DNA from: Octopus sinensis | Lineage: Eukaryota | Reading direction: 5' to 3' | Assembly: GCF_006345805.1 (NCBI RefSeq) | Contig: NC_043006.1 | Span: 50,034,001-50,098,000 of the forward strand | DNA: 64,000 nucleotides | Part shown: piece after piece, positions 13,057 to 26,370 of the stretch | Layout of the letters: each line of letters opens with the position of its first letter | Position numbering within the stretch: position 1 is the stretch's first letter | Program-made: the position numbers and the translations under genes | Notes under the pieces: generated by a model | Databases searched by the model: none | The model's input: the letters and a program-made list of their open reading frames with translations, nothing else | What the model was told of the DNA's origin: nothing

Positions 13057-13449
13057 TGTGGAGGCGCAATGGCCCAGTGGTTAGGGCAGCGGACTCGCGG
13101 TCATAGGATCGCGGTTTCGATTCCTAGACCGGGCGTTGTGAGTGTTTATTGAGCGAAAACACCTAAAAGCTCCACGAGGCTCCGGCAGGGGATGGTGGTG
13201 ATCCCTGCTGTACTCTTTCACCACAACTTTCTCTCACTCTTACTTCCTGTTTCTGTTGTACCTGTATTTCAAGGGGCCAGCCTTGTCACTCTCTGTGTCA
13301 CGCTGAATATCCCCGAGAACTACGTTAAGAGTGCACGTGTCTGTGGAGTGCTCAGCCACTTACACGTTAATTTCACGAGCAGGCTGTTCCGTTGATTCGG
13401 ATCAACCGGAACCCTCATCGTCGTAACCGACGGAGTGCTTCCAAATCCA
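13057..13449 (+). mobile_element. tRNA-headed SINE (body X, tail P)
   Basis: Head ggcgcaatggcccagtggttagggcagcggactcgcggtcataggatcgcggtttcgattcc with A/B boxes. Head and body are shared with 28745-29000. Confidence 0.8.
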
Positions 13450-13682
13450 AAGAGCCGAGGTGAGGTTTGTGTTGGCTGAACTGTGTGTGTGTGTGTGTGT
13501 GTGTGTGTACGTGTGTGTAGGTAGATAGATAGATTATCAGCACTACTACTATCATTATTATCATCATCACCATCATCACCATCATCATCAGTGATTTTTT
13601 TCCCTTTTTTTTTAGGTGGGATCCTATCGGTCAAAAAAAGTTCAAATGCCTACTACTACTACTAGCCTTAAGAAAAATTACG

Positions 13683-14550
13683 GAAGGGCTGTTCTGTATT
13701 GTTTGTGAATAAAGAAGTTGTGTTCGACCAGAGAGAATCTTAGCATCACTATTTTTTTTTTCCATATGCGTTTGTGTTATTGCAATAAAAAGTGTTTGTA
13801 TATTTCGTGTAAGGTAGTATTGTGGAGGTTGAAGTTGACTTTTCTAGAGATGTTTGTATGTCCAGTTAGAAGAACAGGTGTGTTTTTGCAATAAAAAGTA
13901 TATGTTTACATTTATATTTGAATATTCAGGGAGGAAGCAAAGAAAAGTCAGATTTTCATAGAAAGTTTTAAGGTTTTGTAAGTCCACAAAAAGAAAAGCG
14001 TGATGTTTTTAGCGGGAAGAAAAAGAAAAGGATGTTTACAGGGGTAATTGTGGGTATTAAAGTTTTTAAAGCTGATCGAATGTATGTTTGAAAACTGTAG
14101 ATATGTAAATTTGTAAATTTCTTAACATTTTTTGAAGGGCTGTTCTGTATTATTTGTGAATAGAGAAGTTGTGTTCGACCAGAGAGAATCTTAGCATCAT
14201 TATTTTTTTCCATGTGCGTTTGTGTTATTGCAATAAAAAGTGTTTGTATATTTCGTGTAAGGTAATATTGTGGAGGTTGAAGTTGACTTTTCTAGAGATG
14301 TTTGTATGTCTAGTTAGAAGTGTGTTTTTGCAATAAAAAGTATATGTTTACATTTATATTTGAATATTCAGGGAGGAAGCAAAGAAAAGTCAGATTTTCA
14401 TAGAAAGCTTTAAGGTTTTGTGAGTCCACAAAAAGAAAAGCGTGATGTTTTTAGAGAGAAGAAAACAAAAGGATGTTTACAGAGGCAATTGTGGGTGTAT
14501 GTTTGAAAACTGTAGATCTGTAAAATTGTAAATTTCTTAACTTATTTTGA
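13683..14550 (+). repeat. Two-copy tandem duplication, 451-bp period
   Basis: gaagggctgttctgtatt... starts at 13683 and at 14134. The copies are highly similar, with small deletions in copy 2. Confidence 0.9.
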
Positions 14551-15300
14551 AGAGAATTTTAAATACTCACAAGATATTGTAGATGTTCCAGTCTTTGAGA
14601 GTTATTTTCCCCGTTGCTAAACTGGGTCATATTAGTGTTTCTATGGCTTTCGGCTACTTAATTGTCAGAGCAGTGAGGAATACGTCCAGCCGCTGTCAAG
14701 GCTGGCGCTCCTCCTCCTCCTCCTTATTATTATTATTGAGTGAGAGAGCAGTGCATGCTATCAAAGTGACACTGGAGTAAAATTTACAAAGCCTGCCCGT
14801 CTGATAAGGGTACACCAGTCACATGCATCACAACCATATGTGCATGACATGGTGATCTCATATCAAGATAAACAGCGCATGGTCTTGCAGATGGAACCCA
14901 GTTAGAATTTTCTTTAGGTCTTGTAACCCATCCAGCTCAAAAGGTCCCTGAATAAGAGTTGTTTAAGGATGTTGAACGAAACACCCATGTTTCCAAAGGT
15001 GAATTATCCAAACCCTACAGAAGTCCTCTCAACACATGGCTATGATGCTCTCCCCCAGTACTTCTACACGTAATTAGAGATGCACATGTCGTCAACCACT
15101 AAAGGACATGCTCAACTGGTTATGGCCAAACAACTGACAAGCAAATCTGTGGTATTAAGCAGAATATTTGCTGTAGCCCATCTTTCGTACCAAGACAAAA
15201 CAATGTACATGATAACACTTCCAATCAGTTAAGATCAGTAGCCATAAGAGCCACTGCCTGGTATTTATCATCGTCATCATCATCACCGTCGTCGTCGCCG

Positions 15301-15948
<648 letters not shown>

Positions 15949-16270
15949 AAGGCGCATGGCTCAGTGCTTAGAGCGTCGAGCTTACGATCGTGAGGTTGTG
16001 AGTTCGAATCCCGGACCGGGTTGCGTGTTGTGTTCTTGAACAAGACACTTTATTTCACGTTGCTTCAGTTCACTCAGCTGTAGAAATGAGTCATGACGTC
16101 ACTAGTGCCAAGCTGTATCGGCCTTTGCCTTTCCCTTGGATAACATCAGTGGTGTGGAGAGAGAGGAGACTAGTATGCATGGGCGTCTGCTGGTCTTCCA
16201 TAAACAACCTTGCTCTGACTTGTGTCTAGGAGGGTAACTTTCTAGGTGCAATCCCATGGTTAGTCATGAC
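15949..16270 (+). mobile_element. tRNA-headed SINE (body Y, tail R)
   Basis: ggcgcatggctcagtgcttagagcg...gagttcgaatcccgg (A/B boxes), followed by ttgaacaagacactttatttcacgttg. Confidence 0.75.
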
Positions 16271-16489
16271 CGAAGGGGGTTTCAGCATATCACTTGAGTA
16301 AGGCGGCGAGCTAGGAGAATTAGTAACGCTTCGGGCAAGATGCTTAGTGTTATCACGTCCGGCATTAGATTTTGAGTTCGGCTTTGTCTATCTTTCCTTC
16401 AGGCTCAATAATTTAAGTACCAGCTGCGCACTGGGGTCAACCTGAATATCCGAGTTCCCCTTTCCAAGTATTGAGCTTATAGTAAAAAG

Positions 16490-17570
<1,081 letters not shown>

Positions 17571-18470
17571 TTGAATAGCGGAAGGAAAAGAACGTAAAGT
17601 GCAAATTTCTATTTGATTAGACATGTCTCTTCATTTACTTAATATTTACAACGAACAAAATGAATATAGTTGTAGAAATTAGGTTCACTTCACAGTTTCA
17701 GTTTTATTTGTTGTAATTGTACTTTTAGCTGGTGGAAACTAGGCGGAGAACAACAACAGCACTACCAACAGTGTCAACAGCAGCAAAAACAATAACAACA
17801 TCAAAAACACTAACGTTAATAAGATGGAGACAAACAAAAACAGCCGTACAAACGTCTAATGGCGACGTGTAAGCTTCAACAAGCATTCAAGTTCTTAATT
17901 TTGCCTTTCTGTTTCTTGCAGTTCTTTAAATGTCTCAGTCGATAAGTAGTTAGAGAAATTACTTTAGTTTCACGTTCCAACGAAATCAGATTTGATCGGC
18001 TACATGACGGTGAAACCGAGTGTGAATCTATTTTTAAAAGAATGGTCATTTATACTTGAGATTTAAAAAGACACATACACACACATGCACGCACACATAT
18101 ACACACTGAAGTGGAGAAATAATCGTCAAACGGTGATTATTAACAGATCAAGATTTAGATCTAAATCCATCGGATAACTTAATAGTATATTGTAAGAGTG
18201 ACCGAAACATACGCAGCTTAAGGATTCTGTATCAGAAATCAATGGATCGTGTGCCCAGTTGCGAAACCGACGAAAGAACATATGTGTGATCGCTCGAATG
18301 CTAAAAATAGTAGATGAATTCTCCATTAATCATGCCCTATCATCTTAAATGGAAAGGAAGGACATGTTGTATAACATAGTTCCACATATAGTTCTAGATA
18401 TAAAAATAAACAGATGAGGAAATCATTGTTAGAACACCTTTGATTATAGGTTTGCATAATTAGGGATGAA

Positions 18471-20438
18471 CTCCGGTGAGTTTGGTTGAAAATTCCTGGG
18501 AAGTTCCGGTAAGTTTGGTCGAAAAATTGCCAAGAAGTTCCGAGGATTTTCTAACTTCCGGAAAGTTTGGTCGAAACTGCCTGGGAAGTTCCGAGGATTT
18601 TCTCACTTCCGGGAAAGTTGTTCGAAAACTTCCTGGGAAGTTCCGATGATGTTCTGACTTCCGGCAAATTTGGTCAAAAATTGCCTGGGAATTTCCGATG
18701 ATTTTCTAACTTCCGGCAAATTTGGTCGAAAACTTCCTGGGAAGTTCCGAGGACTTTCTAACTTCCTAGAAAATTGGTCGAAAACTCCCTGGGGAGTTCC
18801 GAGGATTTTTTAACTTCCGGGAAATTTGATCGAAATTTTCCTGGGAAGTTCCGAGGCTTTTCTAATTTCCGGGAAGTTTGGTTGAAAACTGATTAGGAAG
18901 ATCCGAGTATATTCTAACTTCCGGTAAGTTTGGTCGAAAACAGCCCGGGAAATTCCCAGGATTTTCTGACTTCCGGGAAGTTTGGTAGAAAAATTCCTGG
19001 GAAGTTTCGAGGATTTTCTAACTTACGGAAAGTTTGGTCGAAAACAGCCTGGGAAGTTCCATGGACTTTCTAACATCCGGGAAATTTGGTCGAAAACTGC
19101 CTGGGAAGTTCAGAGGATTTTCTAAGTTCCGGGTAAATTCGTCGAAAATTTCCTGGAAAGTTTCGAGGATTTTCTTACTTCCGAGAAGTTTGGTTGAAAA
19201 TTACCTGGGAAGTTCCGAGTATTTTCTAACTTCCGGTAAATTTGGTCGAACACTTCCTGGGAACATCCGAGGATTTTCTAACTGCCTGAAAGTTTAGCCG
19301 AAAACTTCCTGGGAAATTCCGATGATTTTCTAACTTCCGGGAAGTTTGGTCGAAAACTGCCTGGAAAGTTCCGGGGACTTTCTAACTTATGGGAAATTTG
19401 GTCGAAAACTACCTAGGAATTTCCGAAGATTTCTAACTTGATGGAATTTTGGTAGAAAACGTCCTGGCAAGTTCCGAGTATTTTCTCTCTTCCGGGAAGT
19501 TTGGTCGAAATCTGCCTTGGAAGTTCCGAGTATTTTATGACTTCCGGGTAGTTTGGTCGAAAACTGCTTAACGGTTCGACAAACGTGATCGATAAATTGA
19601 CTTAGCGATTCGTGAAGCGAGATCGATAAAATGACGTAGCGTTTCGCCAAACAGGTTCGATAAAATGATCTAGTCATTCGACAAACGTGATCGATAAAAT
19701 GCCATAGCGGTTCGCCAAAGGAGATCGATAAAATGACGTAGCGCCTCGCCAAAGGATATCGATAATATGACGTTGCGGTTCGCCAAACAAGATAGATAAA
19801 ATGACGTAGCGGTTCACCAAGCGATATCGATAAAATGAAGTAGCGGTTCGCCAAACGAGATCGATAAAATGAAGTAGCGGTTCGCCAAACGAGACCGATA
19901 AACGGACGTAGCGGCTCGCCAAATAAGATCGATAAAATGACGTAGCGGTTCGCCAAACGGGTTCGATGAATGATTTAGTAGTTCGACAAACGACATCGAT
20001 AAAATGACATAGTGGTTCGCCAAACGGGTTCGATAAAATGACTTAGCGGCTCGCCAAACGAAATTGATAAAATGACGTGGCGGTTCGACATACGAGGTCT
20101 ATAAAATGACGTAGCGGCTCGCCAAACGAGATCGATAAAATGACGTAGCGGTTTGCCAAAGGGTCAGATAAAATGAATTAGCGGTTCGACAAACGAGATA
20201 GATAAAACGACGATAAAATGACTTAGCTGTTCGCCAAATGATGAAAACTTCCTGGGAAGTTCCGAGGATTTTCTAACTTCTGGAAAGTTTTGTCGAAAAC
20301 TTCCTAGGAAGTTCCGAGGATTTTCTCACTTCCGGGAAATTCGGTCGAAAACTTCCTGGGAAGTTCTGATGATTGTCTAACTTCTGCGGGAAATTTGGTC
20401 GAAAACTGCCTGGGAAATTCCGAGAATTTTCTAACTTC
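18471..20438 (-). repeat. Minisatellite B' (~52-bp unit, inverted relative of B), interrupted by minisatellite C
   Basis: Unit aaaattgcctgggaagttccgaggattttctaacttccgggaagtttggtcg. Its reverse complement shares aaatcctcggaacttcccagg and cgaccaa with array B. Confidence 0.9.
19569..20242. repeat. Minisatellite C (34-bp CpG-rich unit, ~20 copies)
   Basis: cgccaaacgagatcgataaaatgacgtagcggtt in tandem. The 34-aa periodicity of ORF 19387-19956 equals 3 x 34 bp. Confidence 0.93.
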
Positions 20439-20771
20439 ATTCCAGACATACCAAATGTCGTTAAATGCCAGACATTCTAGATATTCCTGACATTCCGGAT
20501 ATTCCAGACATTCGAGGCATTTAATGACATCAGGAATATCTGGAATGTCTCGTACGCCTGGAATGTCTGTGACATTCCTGACACTCCAGAAATTCCTGAC
20601 ATTTCTGACGGTCCCAAGACATTCCTGAAATCCTTTACATTCCAGACATTCAAGATATTTCAAACATTCCTGGCATACGAGACATTCCTGACATTCGGCA
20701 CATTTCCAGACATTCTTAACATTCCAAACATTCCTGACATCCCAGACATTTCTGAAGGTCCCAAGAAATTC
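20439..20771. repeat. Minisatellite D (~9-bp GACATTCC(A/T) unit) with a short inverted block
   Basis: Repeated cattcctga/cattccaga. The segment ~20527-20570 reads caggaatatctggaatgtc (inverted). Confidence 0.8.
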
Positions 20772-21450
20772 ATGTTCATCATTCCTTCCTCCCCTTCTCT
20801 GGAATGTTCAACATTCCCTTCTCCCCTTCCTCTCTCGAATCCCACTGTCTGGAATATTCAACATTCCTTCCTCCCCTTCCACTCTCAAATCCCCCTCTCT
20901 GGAATGTTCAACATTCCTTCTTCCCCTTCACTTTACAAATAACCCTCTCTGATATGTTCACCATTCGTTCCTCCCCGTCACTTCTCAAATCCCCCTCTCT
21001 GGAATGTTCAACATTCCCTTCTCCCTTCCTCTCTCGAATCCCACTGTCTGGAATATTCAACATTCCTTCCTCCCCTTCCCCTCTCAAATCCCCCTCTCTG
21101 GAATGTTCAACATTCCTTCCTCCCCTTCTCTGGAATCTTCAACATTCCTTCCTCCTTTTCACTTCTCAAATCCCCCTCTCTAGAGTGTTCAACATTCATT
21201 CCTCCCCTTCACCTCTCAAATCCTCCTCTCTGGAATGTTCAACATTCCTTCCTCCCCTTCACCTCTCAGGAATGTTCAACATTTCTTCCTCCCCTTCACT
21301 TCTCAAATCCCCCTCTTTGAAATGTTCAGCATTCCTTCCTTGTCTTCCTCCCCTTCCCCTCTCTTGAATGTTCAATATTCCTTCCTCCCCTTCACCTATC
21401 AAATTCCCCTCTCTGGAATGTTCAACATTTCTTCCTCCCCTTCACCTTTA
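20772..21450 (+). repeat. Minisatellite A, right block
   Basis: Same unit and same predominant orientation as 7060-7916. Confidence 0.92.
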
Positions 21451-21986
21451 GAGAAGCAGAAAATTGGCAGGCGTTTTCTGCCTTCTCTCATCAATATCAT
21501 CCTTGTTTCATCATTTACCTCATCAATGTATATGTCCAGCCCGCAAGTTACTCTTTGTAATGCCTTTATGGCAAATCTTAATGAAATAATGTAGCTTGCT
21601 TACCAACCATATGGTTCCAGGTTCAGTCCCACTACATGACACCTTGGGCAAGTGTCTTCCACTATAGCCTCAGGCATTGTGAGTGGGTTTGATAGACGGA
21701 AACTGAAAGAAGCCCGTCATATGTATATGTGTGTCTGTGTCCCCCCACTATCGCTTGACAACCGATGCTGGTGTGTTTACATCCCCATAACTTAGCAAAA
21801 GAGACCGATAGAATATGCACTAGGCTTACAAAGAATAAGTCCTGAGGTTGATTCCTTTGACTAAAGGCAGAGCTCCAGCATGGCTGCAATCAAATGACTG
21901 AAACAAATAAAATTAAATTTAAAAATATGTGTGTGAGTGTATTTATGTAAATATATATATATATGGGTATATGTCTATATATATTT

Positions 21987-22125
21987 ATATGAGGGTGGGG
22001 CTGAAAAGTTTCTGGCTTTAAGGGTATCACAACAGGCCTGGTTAGAGGCCCAACCTTCCAAATTCTTTTACAGGTCTTAGAAAATTGAAGGACCACTGCA
22101 ATGTGACTGAATCTGAGAGGCATAG
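21987..22125 (+). mobile_element. Mariner-derived MITE fragment (second copy at ~34420-34578, minus)
   Basis: TA-TGAGGGTGGGGCTGAAAAGTTTCTGGCTTTAAGGG terminus and a residual transposase C-terminus (LEKLKDHC). A reverse-complement relative ends at 34578. Confidence 0.7.
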
Positions 22126-22274
22126 CGATGCTAATAACCAGGTGTTAGAACTCAATGCTTTGTTCTGAAACTATATATATATAAATATAATTAATAGTAG
22201 GGAATATAAAATTCCAAACTTACAGGGAAAAATTCAATTCAGCAATACTAAATCAAATTTCACAATACATATAT

Positions 22275-22527
22275 AAATAATTAAGAGGTATATTAAGTAA
22301 TTCAATTAAAAGTGTAAGATATTATCTATAATAAATCATATAGAAAGATTTTAAATATATTTTAATAAATATTATTCTAAAAATCACTAAATTATATAAT
22401 GTTTATTTAATTTAGTGATTTTTAGAATAATATTTATTATAATATATTTAAATTCTTTCTATATGATTTTAGATATCTTTCAATATTAATTGAATTACTT
22501 AATATAGGTTTTATCTCTTAATTATTT
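22275..22527. repeat. AT-rich long imperfect palindrome (~120-bp arms, 13-nt loop)
   Basis: ...aataaatattattctaaaaatcactaaatta | tataatgtttatt | taatttagtgatttttagaataatatttatt... Confidence 0.85.
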
Positions 22528-22542
22528 ACATATATATATATC

Positions 22543-23030
22543 ATCATCATTTAGCGTCCGCTTTCCATGCTAGGATGGGTTGAACGGTTCAACTGGGGTC
22601 TGTGAAGCCAGAAGGCCGCATCGGCCCAGTTTGATCTGGCAGTGTTTCTATGGCTGGATGCCCTTCCTAACGCCAACCACTCTGTGAGTGTAGTGGGTGC
22701 TTTTTATGTGCCACCCGCACAGGTGCCAGACGGAGATGGCAAACAGCCATGGACGGATGGTGCTTTTTATGTGCCATCTGCACGGGGGCCAGGCGAGGCT
22801 GGCAACGGCCACGAACGGATGGTGCTTTTCACGTGCCACTGGCACGAGGGCCAGGCGAGGCTGGCAACGGCCACGATCGGATGGTTCGCTTACTTGTCAC
22901 CGGCACTGGTATCACAGCTGCAATTACCATTGATGTTGATCAACTTCGATTTTGGTTCTGCTTTCTGATAACTGATTTGATTTTGATTTTCACTTGCCTC
23001 AACGGGTCTTCACAAGTGGAGTTTTGTGTC
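22543..23030 (-). mobile_element. Interspersed retro-repeat with an (ATG)n tail and internal ~55-60-bp tandem units (RTE-X-type 3' end)
   Basis: catcatcatttagcgtccgctttccatgc...ggctggatgcccttcctaacgccaacc. Relatives lie at ~26700, 35140, 45745, 46945 and 62100. Confidence 0.65.
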
Positions 23031-23354
23031 CCAGTATATATATATATATATGTGTGTGTGTGTATTTCAGAACAAAGCATTAATCGGGTACAGAATGTAA
23101 TATGAAATTGAATGACAAAGGAACAGGGAATTGTACACTGAACTTCATTAGTTTACAGCTGTTTCTGTAATAAGATGCAGTATACTCAGAGTAGACTGCT
23201 TGTACATCACCTTATAACTCCAAGGAAGCTATACAGTGATGCACACATGCTCCGTTCTGAGGACACTGCATCTAATAGTAGAAACGCTTGTAAGCTAATG
23301 AAGTTCATTGCATAATTTTGTGTTCTCTTGTCATTTGTTTAATTTCATAAAAAC

Positions 23355-23935
23355 AGGATGTCCCAAAAGTCACTAATGGATTTCAATTTTTAATAACTTC
23401 CTTAACTTTACAAATAAATGCATGAAATTTTCATATAATATAAAGGATATAATGGAAATTAATATGCACAAGTCAATTTTTGCAGCTCCACTACATCACA
23501 TATGAAAAATGACATCGCTTAAATGGCAGCCATTTTCGGCTTTGCACGCCCGTGCTCTTTCCAAAACTCCCAAGAATTTCAGACCCAACTTCTCTGATTT
23601 CTCTATTGATGTTTCCCCTCAGTTGCAACAGGGTCTCTGGTTTGTTGACGTAAACCATCTCTTTCAGGTATCTCTAGAAGAAAAAGTCTGGGCCATTCAA
23701 GTCTTGGGAACATAAAGGCCAGTTGACATTGCCATAGTGGATTATTCTCTCTACAAAGCACTGCCATAGCAACTGCATTGTTTCTCTTGTGGTATGAACA
23801 GATGGAACTATGTGTGTGGGGGGGTGGGGGGTCTATTTTGAATGGCCGTGCACAAAAAGGCCTCAATCATGGTTCTGTACCATTCTCCAGTCAAGTTGAT
23901 TATAATTGTAATGGCAAGTATTTATTGACCTTTTT
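23355..23935 (-). mobile_element. Decayed Tc1/mariner transposase of rosa (DD41D)-like type
   Basis: Manual minus-strand translation: TGEWYRTMIEAFL...HTTRETMQLL...VNWPLCSQDLNGPDFFF*RYLKEMVYVNKPETLLQLRGNINREI...CKAENGCHLSDVIFHM*. A CAGGATGTCCCAAAA-like terminus lies at ~23354. Confidence 0.7.
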
Positions 23936-25329
23936 CTTGCCTTTGAAAATCGGCACGAACTTTCCAGACAACCCAATATTTCTGACAGTTTCAACACATT
24001 ATACAAGCCAAAGTATCAACCTCAGTATTCTGAGTGAGCTTAGCTTAACTGGAAACGGAATGCTAGCTAGACGGATTGTGGCTCTAATTCAAAGTATGCC
24101 TTAGTATACTTTAGTGTTGTGTGTGTTTGCATGTAAAGTGGTGAGTCCTGTATATTGATTCAGGCTTGTCTGGCTGAAAAGTTAGCATACCAGGCGAAAT
24201 GCTTCGCAGTATTTCATCTGTCTTTACGTTCTAAGTTCAAATTCCACCGAGGTCGACTTTGCCTTTCATCCTTTCAGGGTTGATTAAATAAGTACCAGTT
24301 ACGCACTGGGGTCGATATAATTGACTTAATCCGTTTGTCCCCTCTGTGTTTAGCTCCTTGTGGGTAGTAAAGAAATAGGTATTTCGTCTGTTTTTTTCAT
24401 TCTGAGTTCAAATTCCACCAAGGTTGGCTTTGCCTTTCGTCCTTTCGGGTGAATAAATTAAGTACCAGTTGCATACTGGGGTCGATCTAATCAACTGGGC
24501 CTCCCCAAAAACTTCTGGCCATGTGCTTAGAGTAGAAAAGATTCAGGCTTGTTCAATATCTGTGCACCCTTGTATGTGTGTTGTGGTTTCCAAGCCTTTT
24601 TTGTTTTATGTTTATGTATTTTTGGTTCATCTTATGGTTGGATGTAGTGATAACAAAGCAAATATGATAGAAAGGTATATATTTGCGCTGTATGAATTGA
24701 AGGCAAGTTTAATCGGCTCAGCAGAAACAAGATGGAAGACAGGAAAAGCAGAATGTTTAAAAAGTGATGAAGGAAATAAAGAGAAGATTCGATATACTTA
24801 ACTTATTCAAGCTAGGTATAAGAAAACTGGTTTTATATTACTGAGTCCATTCAAGCTTATGTGTACCATTCGTGTATGTGTGTCTCAGAAAATCATAATA
24901 TTCAAATTGTCATCAGTTAAGTTAAAAAGTCAAAATCTCAATTAGGATAAGCTCACTAAATATAAGTAATCTTTCAGTTTAAAAATTAAATTGTTTTTAT
25001 GCATGGCCTAACAATAAAACAAACAATGTGTGTGCATACTTATATGTACATATGACTCCAGAGAGGCTGTCATCTCTATAAGCAGCAAAATGTCTGTATG
25101 TGTGTGTCCTTTATACAAATCCAGTTTTTCACGTAAAAGGCTCGCATTTTCTATGGGCTTTCAAGACTGTCTGAGGGTGGTCATGAAGATCTTTTCATTT
25201 CCCCAGTCACCCCAGAAAGCCATTAAAAGAATCAGTAAACCAGCCCCTTGTGCCATAAGTTATTTCCCAGAAATTCGAATTTTTCGCCTCCTTTTTGTCC
25301 GACTAATGGCATGTGCACAGTCCCGTTAA

Positions 25330-25530
25330 TTTTCCATGATTGTTTAGTGTGGGAAATGGCTTGCAAGTCAGTTTCACGTCTGAGGAGACACATGACAGTT
25401 CACAGGGATCACATCTCACAAAACGACCCACTGAGAGTCCAGTGGAACAACTTTCATCCCTCACCTAAACTTCAAAACATGCAGCTCTATGGGACTGGAG
25501 GGTCATCAGAAGTGTCATAGAGAAAATGTC
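25330..25530 (+). pseudogene. Relic of two C2H2-like zinc fingers (probably a LINE C-terminus)
   Basis: DCLVWEMACKSVSRLRRHMTVH, then in a shifted frame CSSMGLEGHQKCH. Degenerate, with no splice signals. Confidence 0.4.
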
Positions 25531-25961
25531 AGAAATGACACTGACAAGAAAGCTCAGAGAAATAGTAAACATTTATGAAGATGAGGCCATCATCATGTAC
25601 ATATAAATGAAAATTGTTTTTTTTTTACTTGCAAAATTTTTCCCAACACATCAGCTGAGTTACAGAACTCAATGAAGTAAAGAACGTACAATTTATGATT
25701 GTATGAAAGCTATTTTGTGTTGGTGTGTATATATGTCTGTTGTATCTCACCATTCAGAAAACATTGAAGTTTACCTGAGACAATGTATGAGCAGCAAGAG
25801 TAACATCTTACTGAATGGCTGCAGCTGGCCAAGCCAGCCTAACTATCAAGAATGTCAATGAGAAGCTTTAACCACTGAACTACATTTGCCGTTACCCTTT
25901 TATATGACTAAAGAATAGTAGGTGTTTTTGAAAGAAAAAACTTTTGCTGTGGAATTTGTCA

Positions 25962-26122
25962 TAGGCATAGGGGTGGCTGTGGCAAGTAGCTTGCTTATGA
26001 ACAACATGGTTCCAGGTTTAGTTCAACTGCGTGGCACCTTGGGCAAGTGTCTTCTACTATAGCCTCGGGCCGACCAAAGCCTTGAGAGTGGATTTGGTAG
26101 ACAGAAACTGAAAGAAGCCAGT

Positions 26123-26158
<36 letters not shown>

Positions 26159-26370
26159 TAAATGCATGTGTGTGTATATGTTTGTCCCCCAACCAACATC
26201 ACTTGACAACTGATGGTGTGTTTACATCCCCGTAACTTAGCGGTTCGGCAAAAGAGACCGATAGAATAAGTACTAGGCTTACAAAGAATAAATCCTGGGG
26301 TCGATTTGCTCAACTAAAGGTGGTGCTCCAGCATGGTCACAGTCACATGACTGAAACAAGTAAAAGAGTA
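25962..26370 (+). mobile_element. SINE family 1, uninterrupted copy (empty target site)
   Basis: Complete head, microsatellite and tail; the head reads gcaagtagcttgcttatgaac without an insertion. Other uninterrupted heads lie at ~27975-28125, 38650-39035 and 49100. Confidence 0.85.

Noticed and set aside
13057-13135. tRNA-like sequences (also ~15949 and the family 1 heads) as tRNA genes
   Set aside because: They continue into SINE bodies and tails, and I could not fold a complete acceptor stem; treated as SINE heads.
19569-20242. 34-bp repeats as a possible CRISPR array, or the 189-aa repeat protein (19387-19956)
   Set aside because: Units are directly adjacent with no unique spacers, there are no cas genes, and the context is eukaryotic. 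The 34-aa period is just 3 x 34 bp.
23240-23310. Possible hammerhead ribozyme cores: ctgagga...gaaac here; ctgatga on the minus strand near 296; ctgatca...gaaac near 27515
   Set aside because: Stems II/III and the NUH cleavage triplet could not be formed correctly by hand. At best these are decayed Penelope-associated relics; an RNAMotif/Infernal search would decide.
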